A program made the translations under genes and the position numbers. From the human T2T-CHM13v2.0 reference genome, Homo sapiens: DNA of 64,000 bases. The stretch's first letter is position 1; each line of letters starts with the position of its first letter. Positions 53,801-64,000 of this stretch are shown piece after piece. Location of the stretch: NCBI RefSeq assembly GCF_009914755.1, contig NC_060934.1; one strand, 5' to 3'. The notes under the pieces were generated by a model. The model searched no databases, was not told the origin of the DNA, and was given only the letters and a program-made list of their open reading frames with translations.

Positions 53801-56800
53801 GATGTGTGCCTTCAACTCACAGAATTTAATCTTTCTTTTAATAGAGCAGTTTGGAAACACATCATTTGTAAAGACTGCAAGTGGTTATTTGGACCTCTCT
53901 GAGGCCTTCGTTGGAAACGGGATTTCTTCATATAACGCTAGACAGAAGAATTCTCAGTAACTTCTTTGTGTTGTGTGTATTCAACTCACAGGGTTGAACC
54001 TTTCTTTCAGAGAGCAGGTTTGAAACATTCTTTAAGTGGAATTTGCTAGTGCAGATTTCAAACGCTTCGAGGACAATGGTAGAAAAGGATATATCTTCGT
54101 ATTAGAACGAGAGAAAATCATTCTCAGAAAACACTTTGTAATGTGTGCGTTCAACTCACAGAGTTTAACCTTTCTTTTAATCGAGCAGTTTGGAAACACT
54201 CTCTTTGTAATGTCTGCAAGTGGTTAATTGGCCCTCTTTGAGCCCTTCTTTGGAAACGAGATTTCCTCACATAAGGCTAGACAGAAGAATTCTCAGTAAC
54301 TTCTTTGTGTTGTTTGTATTCAACTCACGGATTTGAACCTTCCTTTAGAGAGAGCAGATTTGAAACACTCTTTTTTTGGAATTTGCAAGGGCAGATTTCA
54401 AGCGCTTCTAGGCCTATGGCAGAAAAGGAAATATCTTCGTATAAAAACTACACAGAATCATTCTCAAGAACTACTTTGTGATGTGTGCGTTCAACTCACA
54501 GATTTTAACCTTTCTTTTAATCGAGCAGTTTGGAAACACTCTGTTTGTAAAGTCTGCAAGTGCATATTTGGACTTCTTTGAGGCCTTCGTTGGAAACGGG
54601 ATTTCTTCATATACTGCTAGACAGAAGAATTCTCAGTCACTTCTTTGTGTTGTGTGTAGTCAAGTCACAGAGTTGTACCTTCATTTAGACAGAGCAGTTT
54701 TGAAAAACTCTTTCTGTGGAATTTGCAAGTGGAGATTACATGCGATTTAAGGCCAATCTTTGAAATGGAAATATCTCCGTGTAAAAACTAGACAGAATCA
54801 TTCTCAGAAACTACTTTGTGATGTGTGCGTTCAACTCACAGGGTTTAACCTTTCTTTTCATAGAGCAGTTTGGAAGCACTCTGGTTGTAAAGTCTGCAAG
54901 TGCATATTTGGACTTCTTTGAGGCCTTCGTTGGAAATGGGATTTCTTCATATAATGCCAGACAGAAGAATTCTCAGTCACCTCTTTGTGTTGTGTGTATT
55001 GATCTCACAGATTTGAACCTTCCTTTAGACAGAGCAGTTTTGAAAAACTCTTTCTGTGGAATTTGCAAGTGGAGATTTCATGTGATTTGAGGCCAATCTT
55101 TGAAATGGAATTATCTTCGTGTAAAATTAGACAGAATCATTCTCAGAAACTACTTTGTGATGTGTGCGTTCAGCTCACAGAGTTTCACCTTTCTTTTCAT
55201 AGATCAGTTTAGAAAGACTCTCTCTGTAATGTCTGCTACTGAATACTTGGACCCCTTTGAGGTCTTCGTTGGAAGCGGAATTTTTTCATATACTGCTGGA
55301 CAGAATAATTCTCAGTAAATCTTTGTGCTGTGTGTATTCAACACACAGAGTTGAACCTTCCTTTATCCAGAGCAGTTTTGAAACACTCTTTCTGTGGAAT
55401 TTGCAAGTGGAGATTTCAAGCGATTTGACGCCAATCTTAGTCATGGAAATATCTTCGTAGTAAAACTACACAGAGTCATTCGCAGAAACTAGTTTCTGAT
55501 GTGTGCCTTCAACTCACAGAATTTAACCTTTCTTTTAATAGAGCAGTTTGGAAACACTCTATTTGTAAAGTCTGCAAGTGGATATTTGGACCTCTCTGAG
55601 GCCTTCGTTGGAAACGGGATTTCTTCATATAACGCCAGACAGAAGAATTCTCAGTAACTTCTTTGTGTTGTGTGTATTCAACTCACAGGGTTGAACCTTT
55701 CTTTACAGAGAGCAGATTTGAAACATTCTTTCCGTGGAATTTGCTAGTGCAGATTTCAAACGCTTCGAGGACAATGGTAGAAAAGGATATATCTTCGTAT
55801 TAGAACGAGAGAAAATCATTCTCAGAAAACACTTTGTAATGTGTGCGTTCAACTCACAGAGTTTAACCTTTCTTTTAATCGAGCAGTTTGGAAACACTCT
55901 CTTTGTAATGTCTGCAAGTGGTTAATTGGCCCTCTTTGAGGCCTTCTTTGGAAACGAGATTTCCTCACATAATGCTAGACAGAAGAATTCTCAGTAACTT
56001 CTTTGTGTTGTTTGTATTCAACTCACGGATTTGAACCTTCCTTTAGAGAGAGCAGATTTGAAACACTCTTTTTTGGGAATTTGCAAGGCCAGATTTCAAG
56101 CGCTTCTAGGCCTATGGCAGAAAAGGAAATATCTTCGTATAAAAACTACACAGAATCATTCTCAAGAACTACTTTGTGATGTGTGCGTTCAACTCACAGA
56201 TTTTAACCTTTCTTTTAATCGAGCAGTTTGGAAACACTCTGGTTGTAAAGTCTGCAAGTGCATATTTGGACTTCTTTGAGGCCTTCATTGGAAACGGGAT
56301 TTCTTCATATAATGCTAGACAGAAGAATTCTCAGTCACCTCTTTGTGTTGTGTGTATTGATCTCACAGATTTGAACCTTCCTTTAGACAGAGCAGTTTTG
56401 AAAAACTCTTTCTGTGGAATTTGCAAGTGGAGATTTCAAGAGATTTGACGCCAATCTTTGAAATGGAAATATCTTCGTGTAAAATTAGACAGAATCATTG
56501 TCAGAAACTAGTTTGTGATGTGTGCGTTCAGCTCACAGAGTTCCACCTTTCTTTTCATAGATCAGTTTGGAAAGACTCTCTCTGTAATGTCTGCTACTGA
56601 ATACTTGGACCCCTTTGAGGTCTTCGTTGGAAGCGGAATTTTTTCATATACTGCTGGACACAATAATTCTCAGTAAATCTTTGTGCTGTGTGTATTCAAC
56701 ACACACAGTTGAACCTTCCTTTATCCAGAGCAGTTTTGAAACACTCTTTCTGTGGAATTTACAAGTGGAGATTTCAAGCGATTTGACGCCAATCTTAGTG

Positions 56801-59800
56801 ATGGAAATATCTTCGTAGTAAAACTACACAGAGTCATTCGCAGAAACTAGTTTCTGATGTGTGCCTTCAACTCACAGAATTTAACCTTTCTTGTAATAGA
56901 GCGGTTTGGAAACACTCTATTTGTAAAGTCTGCAAGTGGACATTTGGATCTCTCTGAGGCCTTCGTTGGAAACGGGATTTCTTCATATAACGCTAGACAG
57001 AAGAATTCTCAGTAACTTCTTTGTGTTGTGTGTATTCAACTCACAGGGTTGAACCTTTCTTTACAGAGAGCAGATTTGAAACATTCTTTCCGTGGAATTT
57101 GCTAGTGCAGATTTCAAACGCTTCGAGGACAATGGTAGAAAATGATATATCTTCGTATTAGAACGAGAGAAAATCATTCTCAGAAAACACTTTGTAATGT
57201 GTGCGTTCAACTCACAGAGTTTAACCTTTCTTTTAATCGAGCAGTTTGGAAACACTGTCTTTGTAATGTCAGCAAGTCGTTAATTGGCCCTCTTTGAGCT
57301 CGTCTTTGGAAACGAGATTTCCTCATATAATGCTAGACAGAAGAATTCTCAGTAACTTCTTTGTGTTGTTTGTATTCAACTCACGGATTTGAACCTTCCT
57401 TTAGAGAGAGCAGATTTGATACACACTTTTTTTGGAATTTGCAAGTGCAGACTTCAAGCGCTTCTGGGCCTATGGCAGAAAAGGAAATATCTTCGTATAA
57501 AAACTACACAGAATCATTCTCAAGAACGACTTTGTGATGTGTGCGTTCAACTCACAGATTTTAACCTTTCTTTTAATCGAGCAGTTTGGAAACACTCTGT
57601 TTGTAAAGTCTGCAAGTGCATATTTGGACTTCTTTGAGGCCTTCATTGGAAACGGGATTCCTTCATATAATGCTAGACAGAAGAATTCTCAGTCACATCT
57701 TTGTGTTGTGTGTATCGATCTCACAGATTTGAACCTTCCTTTAGACAGGGCAGTTTTGAAAAACTCTTTCTGTGGAATTTGCAAGTGGAGATTTCAAGTG
57801 ATTTGAGGCCAATCCTTGAAATGGAAATATCTTCGTGTAAAATTAGACAGAATCATTCTCAGAAACTACTTTGTGATGTGTGCTTTCAGCTCACAGAGTT
57901 TCACCTTTCTTTTCATAGAGCAGTTTGGAAAGACTCTGTTTGTAATGTCTGCTAGTGAATACCTGGACCCCTTTGAGGCCTTCGTTAGAAGCGGAATTTT
58001 TTCATATACTGCTAGACAGAAGAATTCTCAGTAAATATTTGTGCTGTGTGTATTCAACACACAGAGTTGAACCATCCTTTATCCTGAGCAGTTTTGAAAC
58101 ACTCTTTGTGTGGAATTTGCAAGTGGAGAATTCAAGCGATTTGAGGCCAATCTTAGACATGGAAATATCTTCGTAGTAAAACTACACAGAGTCATTCGCA
58201 GAAACTAGTTTCTGATGTGTGCCTACAACTCACAGAGTTTAATCTTTCTTTTAATAGAGCAGTTTGGAAACACTCCATTTGTAAAGTCTGCAAGTGGTTA
58301 TTTGGACCTCTCTGAGGCCTTCGTTGGAAACGGGATTTCTTCATATAACGCTAGACAGAAGAATTCTCAGTAACTTCTTTGTGTTGTGTGTATTCAACTC
58401 ACAGGGTTGAACCTTTCTTTACAGAGAGCAGATTTGAAACATTCTTTCCGTGGAATTTGCTAGTGCAGATTTCAAACGCTTCGAGGACAATGGTAGAAAG
58501 GGATATATCTTCGTATTAGAACGAGAGAAAATCATTCTCAGAAAACACTTTGTAATGTGTGCGTTCAACTCACAGAGTTTAACCTTTCTTTTAATCGAGC
58601 AGTTTGGAAACACTGTCTTTTTAATGTCTGCAAGTCGTTAATTGGCCCTCTTTGAGCCCGTCTTTGGAAACGAGATTTCCTCATATAATGCTAGACAGAA
58701 GAATTCTCAGTAACTTCTTTGTGTTGTTTGTATTCAACTCACGGATTTGAACCTTCCTTTAGAGAGAGCAGATTTGAAACACTCTTTTTTTGGAATTTGC
58801 AAGTGCAGACTTCAAGCGCTTCTGGGCCTATGGCAGAAAAGGAAATATCTTCGTATAAAAACTACACAGAATCATTCTCAAGAACCACTTTGTGATGTGT
58901 GCGTTCAACTCACAGATTTTAACCTTTCTTTTAATCGAGCAGTTTGGAAACACTCTGTTTGTAAAGTCTGCAAGTGCATATTTGGACTTCTTTGAGGCCT
59001 TCATTGGAAACGGGATTTCTTCATATAATGCTAGACAGAAGAATTCTCAGTCACCTCTTTGTGTTGTGTGTATTGATCTCACAGATTTGAACCTTCCTTT
59101 AGACAGAGCAGTTTTGAAAAACTCTTTCTGTGAAATTTGCAAGTGGAGATTTCAAGTGATTTGAGGCCAATCTTTGAAATGGAAATATCTTCGTGTAAAA
59201 TTAGACAGAATCATTCTCAGAAACTACTTTGTGATGTGTGCGTTCAGCTCACAGAGTTTCACCTTTCTTTTCATAGAGCAGTTTGGAAAGACTCTGTTTG
59301 TAATGTCTGCTAGTGAATACTTGGACCCCTTTGAGGCCTTCGTTAGAAGCGGAATTTTTTCATATACTGCTAGACAGAAGAATTCTCAGTAAATCTTTGT
59401 GCTGTGTGTATTCAACACACAGAGTTGAACCTTCCTTTATCCTGAGCAGTTTTGAAACACTCTTTATGTGGAATTTGCAAGTGGAGATTTCAAGCGATTT
59501 GACGCCAATCTTAGTCATGGAAATATCTTCGTAGTAAAACTACACAGAGTCATTCGCAGAAACTAGTTTCTGATGTGTGCCTTCAACTCACAGAATTTAA
59601 CCTTTCCTTTAGTAGAGCAGTTTGGAAACACTCCATTTGTAAAGTCTGCAAGTGGATATTTGGACCTCTCTGAGTCCTTCGTTGGAAACACGATTTCTTC
59701 ATATAACGCTAGGCAGAAGAATTCTCACTAACTTCTTTGTGTTGTGTGTATTCAACTCACAGGGTTGAACCTTTCTTTACAGAGAGCAGATTTGAAACAT

Positions 59801-62800
59801 TCTTTCCGTGGAATTTGCTAGTACAGATTTCAAACGCTTCGAGGACAATGGTAGAAAAGGATATATCTTCGTATTAGAACGAGAGAAAATCATTCTCAGA
59901 AAACACTTTGTAATGTGTGCGTTCAACTCACAGAGTTTAACCTTTATTTTAATCGAGCAGTTTGGAAACACTGTCTTTGTAATGTCTGCAAGTGGTTAAT
60001 TGGCCCTCTTTGAGCCCTTCTTTGGAAACGAGATTTCCTCATATAATGCTAGACAGAAGAATTCTCAGTAACTTCTTTGTGTTGTTTGTATTCAACTCAC
60101 GGATTTGAACCTTCCTTTTATAGAGAGCAGATTTGAAACACTCTTTTTTTGGAATTTGCAAGTGCAGACTTCAAGCGCTTCTGGGCCTATGGCAGAAAAG
60201 GAAATATCTTCGTATAAAAACTACACAGAATCATTCTCAAGAACGACTTTGTGATGTGTGCATTCAACTCACAGATTTTAACCTTTCTTTTAATCGAGCA
60301 GTTTGGAAACACTCTGTTTGTAAAGTCTGCAAGTGCATATTTGGACTTCTTTGAGGCCTTCATTGGAAACGGGATTTCTTCATATAATGCTAGACAGAAG
60401 AATTCTCAGTCACCTCTTTGTGTTGTGTGTATTGATCTCACAGATTTGAACCTTCCTTTAGACAGAGCAGTTTTGAAAAACTCTTTCTGTGGAATTTGGA
60501 AGTGGAGATTTCAAGTGATTTGAGGCCAATCTTTGAAATGGAAATATCTTCGTGTAAAATTAGACAGAATCATTGTCAGAAACTAGTTTGTGATGTGTGC
60601 GTTCAGCTCACAGAGTTTCACCTTTCTTTTCATAGAGCAGTTTGGAAAGACTCTGTTTGTAATGTCTGCTAGTGAATACTTGGACCCCTTTGAGGCCTTC
60701 GTTAGAAGCGGAATTTTTTCATATACTGCTAGACAGAAGAATTCTCAGTAAATCTTTTTGCTGTGTGTATTCAACACACAGAGTTGAACCTTCCTTTATC
60801 CAGAGCAGTTTTGAAACACTCTTTCTGTGGAATTTGCAAGTGGAGATTTCAAGCGATTTGACGCCAATCTTAGTCATGGAAATATCTTCGTAGTAAAACT
60901 ACACAGAGTCATTTGCAGAAACTAGTTTCTGATGTGAGCCTTCAACTCACAGAATTTAACCTTTCTTTTAATAGAGCAGTTTGGAAACACTCCATTTGTA
61001 AAGTCTGCAAGTGGATATTTGGACCTCTCTGAGGCCTTCGTTGGAAACGGGATTTCTTCATATAACGCTAGACAGAAGAATTCTCACTAACTTCTTTTTG
61101 TTGTGTGTATTCAACTCACAGGGTTGAACCTTTCTTTACAGAGAGCAGATTTGAAACATTCTTTCCGTGGAATTTGCTAGTGCAGATTTCAAACGCTTCG
61201 AGGACAATGGTAGAAAAGGGTATATCTTCGTATTAGAACGAGAGAAAATCATTCTCAGAAAACACTTTGTAATGTGTGCGTTCAACTCACAGAGTTTAAC
61301 CTTTTTTTTAATCGAGCAGTTTGGAAACACTGTCTTTGTAATGTCTGCAAGTGGTTAATTGGCCTCTTTGAGCCCGTCTTTGGAAACGAGATTTCCTCAT
61401 ATAATGCTAGACAGAAGAATTCTCAGTAACTTCTTTGTGTTGTTTGTATTCAACTCACGGATTTGAACCTTCCTTTAGAGAGAGCAGATTTGAAACACTC
61501 TTTTTTTGGAATTTGCAAGTGCAGACTTCAAGCGCTTCTGGACCTATGGCAGAAAAGGAAATATCTTCGTATAAAAACTACACAGAATCATTCTCAAGAA
61601 CGACTTTGTGATGTGTGCGTTCAACTCACAGATTTTAACCTTTCTTTTAATCGAGCAGTTTGGAAACACTCTGTTTGTAAAGTCTGCAATTGCATATTTG
61701 GACTTCTTTGAGGCCTTCATTGGAAACGGGATTTCTTCATATAATGCTAGACAGAAGAATTCTCAGTCACCTCTTTGTGTTGTGTGTATTGATCTCACAG
61801 ATTTGAACCTTCCTTTAGACAGAGCAGTTTTGAAAAAGTCTTTCTGTGGAATTTGCAAGTGGAGATTTCATGTGATTTGAGGCCAATCTTTGAAATGGAA
61901 ATATCTTCGTGTAAAATTAGACAGAATCATTGTCAGAAACTACTTTGTGATGTGTGCGTTGAACTCACAGGGTTTAACCTTTCTTTTCATAGAGCAGTTT
62001 GGAAACTCTCTGGTTGTAAAGTCTGCAAGTGCATATTTGGACTTCTTTGAGGCCTTCGTTGGAAATGGGATTTCTTCATATAATGCCAAACAGAAGAATT
62101 CTCAGTCACCTCTTTGTATTGTGTGTATTGATCTCACAGATTTGAACCTTCCTTTAGACAGAGTAGTTTTGAAACACTCTTTCTGTGGAATTCGCAAATG
62201 GAGATTTCATGTGATTTGAGGCCAATCTTTGAAATGGAAATATCTTCGTGTAAAATTAGACAGAATCATTCTCAGAAACTACTTTGTGATGTGTGCGTTC
62301 AGCTCACAGAGTTTCACCTTTCTTTTCATAGGTCAGTTTGGAAAGACTCTCTCTGTAATGTCTGCTACTGAATACTTGGACCCCTTTGAGGTCTTCGTTG
62401 GAAGCGGAATTTTTTCATATACTGCTGGACAGAATAATTCTCAGTAAATCTTTGTTCTGTGTGTATTCAACACACAGAGTTGAACCTTCCTTTATCCAGA
62501 GCAGTTTTGAAACACTCTTTCTGTGGAATTTGCAAGTGGAGATTTCAAGTGATTTGAGGCCAATCTTTGAAATGGAAATATCTTCGTGTAAAATTATACA
62601 GAATCATTGTCAGAAACTAGTTTGTGATGTGTGCGTTCAGCTCACAGAGTTTCACCTTTCTTTTCATAGAGCAGTTTGTAAAGACTCTGTTTGTAATGTC
62701 TGCTAGTGAATACTTGGACCCCTTTGAGGCCTTCGTTAGAAGCGGAATTTTTTCATATACTGCTAGACAGAAGAATTCTCAGTAAATCTTTGTGCTGTGT

Positions 62801-64000
62801 GTATTCAACACACAGAGTTGAACCATCCTTTATCCTGAGCAGTTTTGAAACACTCTTTGTGTGGAATTTGCAAGTGGAGAATTCAAGCGATTTGAGGCCA
62901 ATCTTAGACATGGAAATATCTTCGTAGTAAAACTACACAGAGTCATTCGCAGAAACTAGTTTCTGATGTGTGCCTTCAACTCACAGAATTTAATCTTTCT
63001 TTTAATAGAGCAGTTTGGAAACACATCATTTGTAAAGACTGCAAGTGGTTATTTGGACCTCTCTGAGGCCTTCGTTGGAAACGGGATTTCTTCATATAAC
63101 GCTAGACAGAAGAATTCTCAGTAACTTCTTTGTGTTGTGTGTATTCGACTCACAGGGTTGAACCTTTCTTTCAGAGAGCAGGTTTGAAACATTCTTTAAG
63201 TGGAATTTGCTAGTGTAGATTTCAAACGCTTCGAGGACAATGGTAGAAAAGGATATATCTTCGTATTAGAACGAGAGAAAATCATTCTCAGAAAACACTT
63301 TGTAATGTGTGCGTTCAACTCACAGAGTTTAACCTTTCTTTTAATCGAGCAGTTTGGAAACACTCTCTTTGTAATGTCTGCAAGTGGTTAATTGGCCCTC
63401 TTTGAGCCCTTCTTTGGAAACGAGATTTCCTCACATAAGGCTAGACAGAAGAATTCTCAGTAACTTCTTTGTGTTGTTTGTATTCAACTCACGGATTTGA
63501 ACCTTCCTTTAGAGAGAGCAGATTTGAAACACTCTTTTTTTGGAATTTGCAAGGGCAGATTTCAAGCGCTTCTAGGCCTATGGCAGAAAAGGAAATATCT
63601 TCGTATAAAAACTACACAGAATCATTCTCAAGAACTACTTTGTGATGTGTGCGTTCAACTCACAGATTTTAACCTTTCTTTTAATCGAGCAGTTTGGAAA
63701 CACTCTGTTTGTAAAGTCTGCAAGTGCATATTTGGACTTCTTTGAGGCCTTCGTTGGAAACGGGATTTCTTCATATACTGCTAGACAGAAGAATTCTCAG
63801 TCACTTCTTTGTGTTGTGTGTAGTCAAGTCACAGAGTTGTACCTTCATTTAGACAGAGCAGTTTTGAAAAACTCTTTCTGTGGAATTTGCAAGTGGAGAT
63901 TACATGCGATTTAAGGCCAATCTTTGAAATGGAAATATCTCCGTGTAAAAACTAGACAGAATCATTCTCAGAAACTACTTTGTGATGTGTGCGTTCAACT

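Larger units (their letters stand above)
1..64000 (+). repeat. Alpha-satellite HOR array, SF1 (dimeric) type; 8-mer base HOR with 10-mer and 12-mer variants
   Basis: Alphoid motifs (CATTCTCAGAAAC, TTCAACTCACAGAG, GAGCAGTTTGGAAACAC, GGAATTTGCAAGTGGA) recur every ~170 bp. GAAGAATTCTC (EcoRI) recurs at ~340-bp steps. CENP-B box positions lie in every second monomer. The anchor monomer (TTCGAGGACAATGGTAG) recurs at 64, 1422, 3120, 4817, 6513, 7870 ... 63200, with spacings of only ~1358, ~1698 or ~2034-2038 bp. Known human SF1 8-mer arrays include D10Z1 (chr10) and D12Z3 (chr12), but I cannot assign chromosome or species without an alignment. Confidence 0.98.
38900..64000 (+). repeat. Super-repeat block 3: 9164-bp (54-monomer; 8-8-8-12-10-8) unit, ~2.7 tandem copies, running off the window end
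   Basis: Anchors at 38764/47928/57092, 42838/52002/61167 and 44872/54036/63200. Shared private markers include TTGATACAC, GAAACACGA, CATTCTTTAAGTGG and GTAGTCAAG...GTTGTACC. Confidence 0.92.

Noticed and set aside
60110-62200. Cluster of private changes and homopolymer indels in the third 9164-bp copy, suggesting a mutation hotspot
   Set aside because: It is explained more simply by lying outside the youngest duplication (older divergence). Some homopolymer changes could also be sequencing errors.
33-63914. Hundreds of 60-119 aa ORFs in the six-frame track
   Set aside because: They recur at exact satellite periods, mostly begin at non-ATG codons, are broken or fused at random by SNVs and 1-bp indels, and resemble no protein family I recognise. 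They are translation artefacts of alpha satellite.
1-64000. CRISPR-like regular repeats or another prokaryotic-style system
   Set aside because: There are no unique spacers and no cas or other genes. The whole monomer is repeated, and it carries CENP-B boxes.
1-64000. L1/Alu insertion or inversion within the array
   Set aside because: Every anchor spacing is a multiple of the ~340-bp dimer. I saw no poly-A tail, non-alphoid segment or strand switch.
1-64000. Definite assignment to a named array (e.g. D10Z1 vs D12Z3) or species
   Set aside because: The 8-mer SF1 structure fits more than one array. Alignment to T2T HOR consensus sequences is needed and could not be run.

Overview
The whole 64 kb is uninterrupted primate (human-like) centromeric alpha satellite. 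It is a single-orientation array of ~170-bp monomers of the dimeric suprachromosomal family 1 (SF1) type, with EcoRI sites at ~340-bp spacing and CENP-B box positions in alternate monomers. It is built from an 8-monomer (~1358 bp) higher-order repeat (HOR) plus 10-mer (~1698 bp) and 12-mer (~2034-2038 bp) variants. Using one recurring monomer as anchor I count 40 complete HORs (19 8-mers, 16 10-mers, 5 12-mers). These are grouped into larger repeats-of-repeats with periods of ~8145, ~8149/3056 and 9164 bp. I see no genes, RNA genes, transposon insertions or inversions, and the ORF track only reflects satellite periodicity. I found no previously undescribed biological system. What is worth a second look is the nested duplication history, the hybrid monomers and a left-to-right loss of intact CENP-B boxes. 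Monomer labels m1-m8 are my own. All alignments were done by eye, so breakpoints are approximate.
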